Below, in pieces: positions 48,962 through 58,505 of a DNA stretch of 61,837 bases. Source of the stretch: an uncultured Bacilli bacterium (GTDB lineage: Bacteria; Bacillota_I; Bacilli_A; RF39; UBA660); contig CAKOQV010000001.1 in the NCBI GenBank assembly GCA_934101345.1, forward strand, positions 104,991 to 166,827, written 5' to 3'. The notes beneath the pieces are model-generated. The model had not been told where the DNA came from, ran no database searches, and saw only the letters and a program-made list of their open reading frames with translations. How positions within the stretch are numbered: the first letter of the stretch is position 1; each line of letters opens with the position of its first letter. Position numbers and translations under genes: made by a program.

Positions 48962-49624
48962 ATGAAGAAGTATATTAAAGAAAATAAAAATAGAATAATA
49001 ATATTAATATTTAGTTTTTTATTTCAAACATTCATATATGGAATAACTAAACTATTTCAAGGTACTCCAATGCATTTAAATAACTATTTTGATAATATGA
49101 TACCATTTATACCAGAATTTGTAATATTCTATGTTCTATGGTATTTATTACTATTCTTAATACCATTACTAATATTAAAATATAATAAAAAAGTATTTGA
49201 TAGATACATAGTAACATGTCTAATATATACATTATTTGAAGGTGTAATATTTATATTATTACCAACTATAATGACTAGAGAACCACTAGTGGTAGACAGT
49301 ATTTCAACATGGATAATAAATATCATATACAAAGTAGATACCCCAGTAAATCTATTTCCATCAGCTCACTGTGCTTTAGCCATATTATTTATAATATCAA
49401 CATTAGATGTCAAAGAAATAAAAAAAGAATACAAAATATTAATAATAATAACATCAGTATTAATAATGTTATCAACAGTATTCATAAAACAACATGTAAT
49501 TGTAGATGTACTAGGAGCCTTTATAATAGTTCCAATGTATTATATAATAAGAAAAAAGAAAATAAATCTAGAAGAGAGTGGTATATATGCAAAGATATTT
49601 CGCCAAAAGAAAAGAACAAAATAA
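48962..49624 (+). CDS. PAP2-superfamily membrane phosphatase/phosphotransferase-like protein
   Basis: Polytopic protein. FPSAHCA and KQHVIVD (HxxxD) motifs match the PAP2 C2/C3 signature. Confidence 0.7.
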   Translation: MKKYIKENKNRIIILIFSFLFQTFIYGITKLFQGTPMHLNNYFDNMIPFIPEFVIFYVLWYLLLFLIPLLILKYNKKVFDRYIVTCLIYTLFEGVIFILLPTIMTREPLVVDSISTWIINIIYKVDTPVNLFPSAHCALAILFIISTLDVKEIKKEYKILIIITSVLIMLSTVFIKQHVIVDVLGAFIIVPMYYIIRKKKINLEESGIYAKIFRQKKRTK

Positions 49625-50324
49625 CTTAATACTTGAAGAGTCAGATATTCATCATATTAAGAAGGTTATGCGAATGAATATAAACGATAAAATAGAAGTA
49701 GTATATGATAAAGTATTATATATATGTAATATAGATAATCTAGATCCATTAACTCTTTCAGTAGAGGATACTATTAGTAAAGAAAATAAGCTAAATATAG
49801 AATTAACAATAGCCATAGGTTTAGTAAAAGAACAAAAAATAGATTTAATTCTTCAAAAACTAACTGAACTAGGTGTATCAAGAATAATTCCAGTCGATAT
49901 GGAAAGAAGCATTGTTAAATTGGATAAAGAAAGATTTAGTAAGAAAAAAGTAAGATGGCAAATGATCTGCAAGGAGGCTAGTGAGCAGTCTAAGAGAACG
50001 GATATCCCAGAAATAGCTGATATTATGAGTATTAAAGATTTAGTAAATCTAGATTATGATATCAAATTAGTGGCATCTACAAAAGAAAAAGATAAATTAC
50101 TAAATTACTATTTACAAAGCATAAAAGATTGTGCTAAAATTATAATGGTAATAGGTCCAGAAGGTGGAATAAGTCCTAAAGAAGAAACATATTTATTAGA
50201 AAACAATTATAATCCAGTATCTTTTGGAGACCTAATATTTAGGGTGGAAACTGCTGCCATATATGCTGGTGCAGTATTTAACTTTATCGCAGTAAGAGGT
50301 GAATATAATGATAAATTCATTTAA
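49587..50324 (+). CDS. rsmE: 16S rRNA (uracil1498-N3)-methyltransferase
   Basis: MQRYF N-terminus and a C-terminal SPOUT block IGPEGGISPKE...VSFGDLIFRVETAAIYA. Overlaps the 3' end of the upstream gene. Confidence 0.88.
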   Translation: MQRYFAKRKEQNNLILEESDIHHIKKVMRMNINDKIEVVYDKVLYICNIDNLDPLTLSVEDTISKENKLNIELTIAIGLVKEQKIDLILQKLTELGVSRIIPVDMERSIVKLDKERFSKKKVRWQMICKEASEQSKRTDIPEIADIMSIKDLVNLDYDIKLVASTKEKDKLLNYYLQSIKDCAKIIMVIGPEGGISPKEETYLLENNYNPVSFGDLIFRVETAAIYAGAVFNFIAVRGEYNDKFI

Positions 50325-51072
50325 TGATTTTTATAATAACTTATCAAGTAATGGTTTATTTTTCTTTTGGGTAGTAGTATTTCTTTTTGTATTTGTTATC
50401 TTTCTACTAGTGGTACTTCTACTAAAAAATAGAAAACTATCTAAATATCTAAAAGAAAGTAATATTAAAGAAGAATTAAATGATACTCATGAAGATACTC
50501 CATTAATATTTAATGAAGTAAAAGAAGAACATAAAGAAATAGTAGAAGAATTACCAAAACAAGAAATAATTGAACCAAAAAAATTAGAAAAAGTAGAAGA
50601 AGTAAAAGAAGAAATTAAAGAAGAAAAAATACCAGTAAATACTAATAATAATGGTTTATATACAAAGAATGTTTTAAGAGAAAAAAGAGTTCAAACATCT
50701 CCAATTCATATTGATAGAGAATTATCAAGTAGAGAAGAATTACCCAAAGAAGAAGATTATCATACTAATGAAGATATTCTGTTAGGTATAGATTTACATG
50801 AAGATGCTTTATCTCCACTTGAAACAATGGAAGATGCTTATGAAGTAAATGATAATATGAAGTTTGCTTCAGACATTGTTGAAAGGATGGAAGAAGAAAT
50901 AAAGCCATCTAATATAGAACTAACTGACTATGAAAGAAAACAAGAAGAAGAAGCAATTATAAGCTATGATGAATTATTAAAAGTAAAAGATAAAATATAT
51001 AATATTACTGATGATGAAGAAACAGATGAATTTATTGATGAACTAAAAAACTTTAGAACAGATTTACAATAA
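50308..51072 (+). CDS. membrane-anchored Glu/Lys-rich protein, unknown function
   Basis: One N-terminal TM (LFFFWVVVFLFVFVIFLLVVLLL) followed by a long acidic low-complexity region. The ATG at 50308 follows GAGGTG. Confidence 0.55.
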   Translation: MINSFNDFYNNLSSNGLFFFWVVVFLFVFVIFLLVVLLLKNRKLSKYLKESNIKEELNDTHEDTPLIFNEVKEEHKEIVEELPKQEIIEPKKLEKVEEVKEEIKEEKIPVNTNNNGLYTKNVLREKRVQTSPIHIDRELSSREELPKEEDYHTNEDILLGIDLHEDALSPLETMEDAYEVNDNMKFASDIVERMEEEIKPSNIELTDYERKQEEEAIISYDELLKVKDKIYNITDDEETDEFIDELKNFRTDLQ

Positions 51073-51093
51073 GTAGGGTAACCTACTTTTTTT
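51072..51093 (+). terminator. intrinsic terminator
   Basis: AGTAGG-gtaa-CCTACT followed by T7. Confidence 0.75.
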
Positions 51094-51144
51094 CGACATA
51101 AAACTATTACCTAATGTTATATATTATTAGTAGGTGATGATATC

Positions 51145-52143
51145 ATGAATGGTAAAATGAAATTGAAAAAAACAGTAAAGAAAAAAATAAAACTATCATT
51201 TATTTATATCATAATAATATATATAATCTTTTCTATAACATTTTATTATTCTTTAAAAAATAGTAGTAACATAAATAATAAAGAATTTATTAACTTTCTC
51301 TTAAAAGGAGGTAATTCTCATCTGATTGGAGATTATAAACTAATAAATATTGTTAATAACAGTACTAAGTTTTTGTTTAGTATAGACTTTACTAATCCTA
51401 GTTCTATTATTGATAGGAGTATAACCTCCTTTAACAAAGATTATGAACATAATGATGACTATAGTAATCTAGAAGAATTAAAAAAGATAAGTTCTTATAT
51501 TGAAGATCCAAATCCCGTAGATATAGATAGTCCTATTATATATATTTATAATTCACATCAGTTAGAAAACTATAATAGTTCAAACTTAGATATCTATGGA
51601 ATAACTCCTAATGTATTAATGGCCTCTTATTTATTAAAAGAAAAACTAAATAGTAAAGGACTATCTACAATTGTTGAAGATTCTAACTTATCCGAATTCT
51701 TAAGTATAAATAATTGGAATCACGCTAGTTCTTATAAAGCTTCACGAATATTTATCTTAGATAAAAAGAATAAATATAATACTCTAAAATATTTTATTGA
51801 TATTCATAGAGACTCAGTAAACAAAAATGTAACTAGTGTAAACATAAATGGTAAAGACTATGCTAGAATACTCTTTGTCGTAGGATTAGAACATGATAAT
51901 TATAAAGATAATTTGAAATTAAGCGAAGACTTAAATAACTTATTCAATAAATATTATAAAGGTTTATCTAGAGGTGTCTATAAAAAAGAAGGTCCTGGTG
52001 TAGATGGTATATATAACCAAGATATTAGTCCTAATAGTATTTTAATTGAAGTAGGAGGAGTAGATAACAATATAGATGAAGTACTTAATACTACTGAAGC
52101 AATATCTAACATATTATATTACTATATAAAAGGTGATAAATAA
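51145..52143 (+). CDS. spoIIP: stage II sporulation protein P (SpoIIP-type amidase)
   Basis: N-terminal TM. IYIYNSHQLENY, IDIHRDS and ILIEVGG blocks are typical of SpoIIP. Confidence 0.8.
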   Translation: MNGKMKLKKTVKKKIKLSFIYIIIIYIIFSITFYYSLKNSSNINNKEFINFLLKGGNSHLIGDYKLINIVNNSTKFLFSIDFTNPSSIIDRSITSFNKDYEHNDDYSNLEELKKISSYIEDPNPVDIDSPIIYIYNSHQLENYNSSNLDIYGITPNVLMASYLLKEKLNSKGLSTIVEDSNLSEFLSINNWNHASSYKASRIFILDKKNKYNTLKYFIDIHRDSVNKNVTSVNINGKDYARILFVVGLEHDNYKDNLKLSEDLNNLFNKYYKGLSRGVYKKEGPGVDGIYNQDISPNSILIEVGGVDNNIDEVLNTTEAISNILYYYIKGDK

Positions 52144-52466
52144 TGAATAAGAAAAAAATATTAAAAATAGTATTCATAGTATTATTTTTAAGCTTTATCA
52201 TGGCTTATGTAATAGAAAAGAGTGGTTATTATGAATATAATCTTCGTAATAAAACAGTTCTAACTAAAGAATCAATGGAGAAGTTTGAAAAGGATGTAAG
52301 TGAAGGTAGGAATGTTAGTATTGAAGATTATGTAGTTAATACCAGTACTGACTACACAACAAAATTAACCAGAGGTACCAACAAGGTATCCACTAAAGTA
52401 AATAGTGTATTAAAAAAAGGTATAGAGAGTGTATTTAAAGTATTAGGTAAGTTTGTTTATGAATAA
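52143..52466 (+). CDS. small membrane-anchored protein, unknown function
   Basis: 107 aa. Start overlaps the spoIIP stop (TAATG). Has an N-terminal TM. Confidence 0.5.
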   Translation: MNKKKILKIVFIVLFLSFIMAYVIEKSGYYEYNLRNKTVLTKESMEKFEKDVSEGRNVSIEDYVVNTSTDYTTKLTRGTNKVSTKVNSVLKKGIESVFKVLGKFVYE

Positions 52467-52500
52467 AACATACAAGAAAACATACAAGAAAACATACAAG
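52465..52500 (+). repeat. 3 perfect tandem copies of a 12-bp unit (AAAACATACAAG)
   Basis: Units at 52465-52476, 52477-52488 and 52489-52500, ending 4 nt upstream of a -35 element. Confidence 0.95.
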
Positions 52501-52504
52501 TAGA

Positions 52505-52533
52505 TTGACTATAATCAATATATATAGTATAAT
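52505..52533 (+). promoter_or_regulatory. sigma-A type promoter of the fic gene
   Basis: TTGACT at 52505-52510, 17-nt spacer, TATAAT at 52528-52533. Confidence 0.65.
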
Positions 52534-52561
52534 ATTAGTAGAAAAAAATGAGGTGATTTAA

Positions 52562-53557
52562 ATGCAAAATTATATACCACCATTTGAAATAACTAATATT
52601 ATGCTGGAAAGAGTTTCTTCAATTATGAAGAAAATTGGTGGACTTGAAAATTATAAAGATTTAAATAAAATGCCAGTATTAAGAAGAAATAACAGAATAA
52701 AATCTATTCATTCATCACTTGCAATAGAGGCAAACTCTTTATCACTTAGTCAAGTTAAAGATGTCATTGATGGTAAATTGGTAATTGGACCAGAAAAAGA
52801 AATACAAGAAGTAAAAAACGCCTATAATGCTTATTTAAAAATTAAAGAAGTAAATCCATATAGTATAAAAGATTTAAAAGAAATACATGGTATTATGACA
52901 TATTTAACTACAGAGGAATCTGGAAAGTTTAGAAGTACTGGCGAAGGAGTTTTTGATGAGAATGGCAATTGCATACATATTTGTCCACCAGCAAACCAAG
53001 TAGAAGAACTTATGGAGCAACTATTTAATTGGATGAAAGAAAAAAAGAGCGAAATACATCCCTTAATATTATCTTCAGTATTTCATTATGAATTTGTCTT
53101 TATACATCCATTTGGTGATGGTAATGGAAGAACCGCTAGATTGTGGCAGAATGTTATCTTATCTGAATATGAAGATATATTTGAATATGTTCCAATAGAA
53201 AGTGCAATAAAAAAATATCAAGATGAATACTATAGAGTAATTGCTAATTGTAATGCAAAGGGTAATTCAACTGAATTTATAGAATTTATGTTAAAAATGA
53301 TTGATGAAGAACTAGATACTTTAATTGTTGGAGTAAATAATCAAATTAATCATATAAGTCCATATATAAAAAAATTACTTGATGCAATGGAACCTGGAAT
53401 TAAATATAGTACTAATGAGTTAATGAAATTAGTAGATATGAAATCTAGAGTTTCATTTAGAGAAAACTATTTAGTCCCCGCTATTGAAAATAATTTAATA
53501 AAAATGACATATCCAGATAGTCCAACTAATAAAAATCAAACATATTATAAAGATTAA
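52562..53557 (+). CDS. Fic family protein (AMPylase-type) with a C-terminal wHTH-like domain
   Basis: Canonical HPFGDGNGRTARL motif. N-terminal Fic_N-like SSLAIEANSL helix. Confidence 0.9.
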   Translation: MQNYIPPFEITNIMLERVSSIMKKIGGLENYKDLNKMPVLRRNNRIKSIHSSLAIEANSLSLSQVKDVIDGKLVIGPEKEIQEVKNAYNAYLKIKEVNPYSIKDLKEIHGIMTYLTTEESGKFRSTGEGVFDENGNCIHICPPANQVEELMEQLFNWMKEKKSEIHPLILSSVFHYEFVFIHPFGDGNGRTARLWQNVILSEYEDIFEYVPIESAIKKYQDEYYRVIANCNAKGNSTEFIEFMLKMIDEELDTLIVGVNNQINHISPYIKKLLDAMEPGIKYSTNELMKLVDMKSRVSFRENYLVPAIENNLIKMTYPDSPTNKNQTYYKD

Positions 53558-53589
53558 TATAGTCTATTTGTTATAAAAAGAAGCAAGAT

Positions 53590-54534
53590 TTATTTTCTTA
53601 CTTCTTTTAATATTCTATCAGTATTACTAAAATTTAATTTGGCCACTTCTTTTAAAATATTTACCCCATATTTTTCTACTAATTTAATACCAACATCTTC
53701 TACATAATAATTGGCTCCTTTAGGTAAGAAGATACCATACTTATCACCAAGTTTATCAATTTCCTTAACAAAGATATATCTACTTATTAATGAAGAACAA
53801 GCAACAGATAAACACTTATCTTCAGCCTTAGTAATAAAAGTAATTCCCTTCAAAGGACTAGGCACTTCAGATAAATGTTTATAATAAGATGATTCAGGCT
53901 CAAACTGATCTACAACAATATAATCATACTCATTATCCTTAACCATTTCAGTTAATACTTTATTATGAAGTACAGCCTTTATCTTATTCATATTCATATC
54001 TTTACCATAATTCTTATTATATTCTTTATTAGATAACATAATAGTTTTATATTTAATTCTCTTAATAATTTTAGGAACTATTTTTAGTATTTGTTCATCA
54101 GATAATTTTTTAGAATCTTTAACTCCAAGTTCAGTTAAGAAAGGAATATCATCTTTATTTACATATGATGCTGTTACTACGATAGGTCCATAATAATCAC
54201 CAGTACCAACTTCATCAGAACCAACTGAAGAAATATCTATTGGTATAGTAGTTTCTTCTTTTTTTTCTTTAACTTCTTCTCTATCTATAAAGTAATCAAT
54301 ATTCTCTTTATCTTTACCAATACTTTCCCACATACCAGATTCAATATCTGCGGATACTCCTTGAAACATTGCTTTACCAGATTCATATAAAGTAACTATT
54401 GTATCACCAGTATCAGCTTGAAATATAGCATAAGGAGGAGTTTTATCTCTTTTCATGTCTTTATAAAAGTCATTCATTAATTTTTTAGTCTCATTATCTA
54501 CGCGTATAACTTTGGTAATAGTTTTATTTTTCAT
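53590..54534 (-). CDS. rnhC: ribonuclease HIII
   Basis: N-terminal TBP-like domain, then catalytic SDEVGTGDYYGPIVV, VKDSKKL and VDQF blocks. Confidence 0.88.
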   Translation of the reverse strand: MKNKTITKVIRVDNETKKLMNDFYKDMKRDKTPPYAIFQADTGDTIVTLYESGKAMFQGVSADIESGMWESIGKDKENIDYFIDREEVKEKKEETTIPIDISSVGSDEVGTGDYYGPIVVTASYVNKDDIPFLTELGVKDSKKLSDEQILKIVPKIIKRIKYKTIMLSNKEYNKNYGKDMNMNKIKAVLHNKVLTEMVKDNEYDYIVVDQFEPESSYYKHLSEVPSPLKGITFITKAEDKCLSVACSSLISRYIFVKEIDKLGDKYGIFLPKGANYYVEDVGIKLVEKYGVNILKEVAKLNFSNTDRILKEVRK

Positions 54535-54673
54535 GTTCCACCTCTTATTTATATTTTATCAAAATAGTCTTAGAAAGTCTATAAAACTTTATAGTTAAAA
54601 GATAATTTTACATAATTTTCTTGAAAAAAATTTCTATCTATGTTATAGTAATCACTGTCAGAGAGGTGATACT

Positions 54674-55225
54674 GTGAAATTTTATGAGGGACCGGAAGAA
54701 TTAAACAATGTTATAGGAAAATATTGTGTTACAGGTGATAGTATGGTTATTTTTTATCTAAATCATGGACCGGAAGTTATTCTCGATTATACTGAAGAAC
54801 AAGAAAAAGAAATAAGAAAAATTATGTTAAAACAATTACAAGAAAGAAATGCTAGTATAGAACTAAGACCATATGTTTTACAGAAAAATTTTGATACAAC
54901 ATTATTAACTGTATTGGCGGGTTCATATATAGCTAATCGTATTGTATTTGGTAATATTGAAACTTATCTAACTATTGGTACAATATTTGGTACAGTATAT
55001 TTAACTAATAGAATATTTAAAAAAAGAGCTATAATTAATGATGTAAGAAAAGCAAATCTATTTCTTGATATGTATGAAGAGTTACAAACTCCTAAAGGAA
55101 TTGATGCAGTAGAAGAACTATGTTTCGATAAAACTTATTCTGAAGAATTAAATGTTAATACTTTAGATAATTTTAGTTATGGTGATGTCAAAGAAATACA
55201 TAAAAAACTAATGAGAGTAAAATAG
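54674..55225 (+). CDS. hypothetical membrane protein
   Basis: GTG start after GAGAGG. Central pair of hydrophobic helices. No family recognised. Confidence 0.5.
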   Translation: MKFYEGPEELNNVIGKYCVTGDSMVIFYLNHGPEVILDYTEEQEKEIRKIMLKQLQERNASIELRPYVLQKNFDTTLLTVLAGSYIANRIVFGNIETYLTIGTIFGTVYLTNRIFKKRAIINDVRKANLFLDMYEELQTPKGIDAVEELCFDKTYSEELNVNTLDNFSYGDVKEIHKKLMRVK

Positions 55226-55226
55226 T

Positions 55227-55256
55227 AAGTATCTTAATTTTAAGATGCTTTTTTCT
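55227..55256 (+). terminator. intrinsic terminator
   Basis: AAGTATCTTAA/TTAAGATGCTT stem followed by TTTTC. Confidence 0.65.
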
Positions 55257-55315
55257 TTATATTTCCTTGTTTTTTAGGCATAATTAATATATAATATATA
55301 TCGAGGGTGTTAGGT

Positions 55316-56125
55316 ATGGAAAGACAAATCATTAAAGTAAATAATATGTCATTTAAATTTGAAAATAATTATCTATTCAAAGATTTTAATTTAGAAATAG
55401 AAGAGTCTTCTTTTGTCTCAATCATAGGTATGAATGGTTCTGGTAAAAGTACTCTAGCTAAAATACTAATAGGACTATATAAAGCCAAGGGTTATATTAC
55501 TATAGATGGTTATTTATTGAATGAACAGTTTATTAAAAAAATAAGAAGAGTATTTTCTGTTTGTTTTGCTAATAGTGAAACTCATTTTATTGGAGAAACA
55601 GTAAGAGATGACTTAGTATTTTCTTTAGAAAATTTAGGCTATTTTCATAATGAGATGATTACTTTAATAGATATAATATCTAAAAGATTTAAAATAGAGA
55701 ATATTCTAGATAAAGAACCAAGTCTTTTAACTGAAAGTGAAAAGGTAAAGGTAGCTATTGCTTCAAGTTTAATTCATAGTCCTAAAATATTATTACTTGA
55801 TGAAACAATAAATAAACTAACAGATACCGATAAAAAATTAGTTTTTAAATTACTTAAAGAATATCAAAAAGAAGAAAAACTTACTATAATACTAATTACA
55901 CATAACCTTGAGGAAACGCTATTTTCTGATAGAATTATTGTATTAGAGGATGGTAAAATAATCAAGGATGGATCAAAAGAAGAAATCTACCAAGATGATT
56001 ATTTAGAAAGAAAAGGCTTTGATCTACCGTTTATAGTAAAACTATCACAGAATTTAATACTATATGATTTATTAGATAAAGTATATTTTAGTGAAAAAGA
56101 GGTAATGAATAAATTATGGCCTTAA
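55316..56125 (+). CDS. ecfA1: ECF transporter ATPase subunit EcfA1 (intact Walker A/B/H, degenerate signature)
   Basis: GMNGSGKST, ILLLDE and ITHNL are present. The signature position reads LTESE rather than LSGGQ. The ATG at 55316 follows GAGGG. Confidence 0.85.
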   Translation: MERQIIKVNNMSFKFENNYLFKDFNLEIEESSFVSIIGMNGSGKSTLAKILIGLYKAKGYITIDGYLLNEQFIKKIRRVFSVCFANSETHFIGETVRDDLVFSLENLGYFHNEMITLIDIISKRFKIENILDKEPSLLTESEKVKVAIASSLIHSPKILLLDETINKLTDTDKKLVFKLLKEYQKEEKLTIILITHNLEETLFSDRIIVLEDGKIIKDGSKEEIYQDDYLERKGFDLPFIVKLSQNLILYDLLDKVYFSEKEVMNKLWP

Positions 56126-56892
56126 GTTTTAATAATGTAACATATAAAAGTAATTTAAAAAAGTTTAATTATGATTTTGAAGATGGTAAAATAACTACCA
56201 TAGTATCTGGAGAAAATTTATCATACTTTACTTATTTAATAAGTGATCTTGAAAAAGATTATAGTGGTAAAATAACTAATACCTATAAAGGAAGAAATAT
56301 TGGGGTAGTATTTAATAATCCTGAAGAAGCATTTATTTTTAATACAGTAAGAGAAGAATTAGAGTTTGGTTTAAAAAAATATAATTATAAAGTAAGTACC
56401 ATAAATAAAAGAGTTGAAGACTCTCTTAAAATGGTTAATCTACCAAAAGAATATTTAGATAAAAGTCCATTTGAATTATCAAGTGGTGAAAAAGAAAGTC
56501 TAGCTTTAGGAATAGTATTATCACTAAATCCTAGATTAATTATTATTGATAATCCCACAAGTAACCTTGATAGTAGAAATAAAGAATATCTAATAAAATT
56601 ATTAAAGAAAATAAAAACTAGATATAATAAAACAATAATACTACTAACAAGTGATATAGATTTTGCTATAAAAGTAACAGATAATTATTTAATACTTAAA
56701 AATAGTAAAATAATAAGTTCAGGAATAAAGAAAGAATTATTAAATAATATTAGTAAGATTAAAACTAGTAAAGTAGAAATACCTAAAATAATAAATTTTA
56801 TAAATACTGCAAATAAAAAGAAAAATATTAACTTAGAACTAACCTTTGATATAAAAGAACTAATGAAAGATATATATCGTAATGTTAAATAA
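56116..56892 (+). CDS. ecfA2: ECF transporter ATPase subunit EcfA2 (degenerate Walker A, Walker B and H-loop)
   Basis: ABC fold with LSSGEKESLAL as signature. The Walker A position reads VSGENLSYFT (no GK[ST]), Walker B reads IIIDNPTSNLD (no Glu), and the H-loop reads LLTSD. Confidence 0.8.
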   Translation: MALSFNNVTYKSNLKKFNYDFEDGKITTIVSGENLSYFTYLISDLEKDYSGKITNTYKGRNIGVVFNNPEEAFIFNTVREELEFGLKKYNYKVSTINKRVEDSLKMVNLPKEYLDKSPFELSSGEKESLALGIVLSLNPRLIIIDNPTSNLDSRNKEYLIKLLKKIKTRYNKTIILLTSDIDFAIKVTDNYLILKNSKIISSGIKKELLNNISKIKTSKVEIPKIINFINTANKKKNINLELTFDIKELMKDIYRNVK

Positions 56893-57622
56893 TATTACTA
56901 TAGGTAGATATATAAATAAATCATCAGTAGTTCATAAGTTAAACCCAGTATTTAAAATAATGTCATTAATAATAATGATAATAAGTATTTTCTTTATAGA
57001 TAGTTATATAGATATAGCCTTACTTAGTATGTATCTATTTTTAACTATGTTATATAGTGATATAGATATAAAAGTATATCTAAAAAATATTTATGGTATA
57101 AAAATATTTTTAATATTTATATTTATTATAGATTTAATCTTTTTTACAAGTATAAATAGAATAATATTCGATATATTTAAATTAATATTTATTGTCTTAT
57201 ATTCTTCAATACTAACATATACTACTAGTATTACAGAACTAACTTTTGGTATAGAAAAACTTTTAGAACCATTTAATAAATTAATTCCTGTAGGAGATAT
57301 AGCTATGATAATAACTTTATCAATAAGATATATTCCTACATTAACTGAAGAGGCAAGTAGAATAATAAATGCTCAAAAACTAAGAGGAATAAATTTTAAT
57401 ACTAAAAATATTAAAGAAAAATTAATAAGCATCAGTGGTATTCTAATACCAATGTTTACTTTATCAATAAAAAGAGCCGAAGAATCTGCTGATATAATGG
57501 ATATAAGATTATATAATTATGGCAAATCAAGAACTAACTATCGTACTAATAAATGGACTAAAATAAATAGCCTATTACTAATACTAAATATACTAATACT
57601 AATTATAATAATCTGTTATTAA
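56882..57622 (+). CDS. ecfT: ECF transporter transmembrane subunit EcfT
   Basis: Polytopic protein. The coupling-helix region INAQKLRGINF (xRG motif) is present. Conserved ecfA-ecfA'-ecfT order upstream of truA. Confidence 0.85.
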   Translation: MLNNITIGRYINKSSVVHKLNPVFKIMSLIIMIISIFFIDSYIDIALLSMYLFLTMLYSDIDIKVYLKNIYGIKIFLIFIFIIDLIFFTSINRIIFDIFKLIFIVLYSSILTYTTSITELTFGIEKLLEPFNKLIPVGDIAMIITLSIRYIPTLTEEASRIINAQKLRGINFNTKNIKEKLISISGILIPMFTLSIKRAEESADIMDIRLYNYGKSRTNYRTNKWTKINSLLLILNILILIIIICY

Positions 57623-57746
57623 AAATTACAAAGTAATAAAGTAGCAATGATACTCTGTAAAAACAGTAAATACAGTAGTTTATATGATTTTTCTAACCTT
57701 AGGAAAATTGTGGTGAATGTACACTATCTGAAATTTACTAACATAA

Positions 57747-58471
57747 AAATATAATTTAGAAATTAATAATATTACATTCGAAAGTATTAAACATATTGAT
57801 GAATATGGAAATGAATACTGGGAAGCAAGAGAGTTACAAGAAGCATTACAATATACCGAATGGAGAAAATTCGAAGGTGTAATTGATAAAGCAAAAATTG
57901 CTTGTGAGTGGGGTGGTTATAAGGCTTTAGACCATTTTGGCGGAGCCGCCAAAATGGTTGAAATAGGTTCTAGTACAAAAAGAGAAGTTCCTGATTACAA
58001 GTTATCAAGATATGCTTGCTACTTGATAGCACAAAATGGTGATAGTAGGAAGAAAAGTGTTGCTCTTGCTCAAACCTATTTTGCTGTGTAGACAAGAAAA
58101 ATGGAACTTACTGAAAGAGATTACTCTAGTTTAACTGAAGATGAAAAAAGATTCTATCAGAGAAATCTAACTAAAAAAGGTAACTATTCACTAAATCAAA
58201 CTGCTAAAAAACCCGGCGTAAAGAACTTAATATGGGTAGTGAAGAACTTGCAGCCAATCTTTTTAGAATTACCCAAACTGAAGCAAAATTAAAAAAAGAT
58301 AATATAGAGGGTGAATCTGAAGCAAATAAAACTCACTATAATATTGGTAAAAACATTAGAGAGGTAATAGCTAAAAATGGAGGTACTATGCCCGAAGATT
58401 TACCGGCACCGAATAAAAGTCTAAAGAAATTAGAAAAAGAAACAAAAAACATACTTATAAATAGCAAATAA
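57747..58471 (+). pseudogene. dinD: DNA-damage-inducible protein D (DinD) pseudogene
   Basis: No start codon. FESIKHIDEYGNEYWEAREL...LSRYACYLIAQNGD...YFAV*TRK, with TAG at 58089-58091. A frame shift/deletion lies near 58215-58235 before MGSEELAANLFRITQTEAKL...GGTMPEDLP. Confidence 0.8.
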
Positions 58472-58505
58472 ATAATATAATAAATTTATTAAGGAGAGAA
58501 GTATT

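Noticed and set aside
47624-49629. Alternative-frame + strand ORFs within dnaJ (47624-47902, 48224-48415) and within the PAP2 gene (49309-49629); also 43314-43502 opposite the DUF3298 gene.
   Set aside because: They overlap strongly supported genes in another frame, and have no RBS and no motif content.
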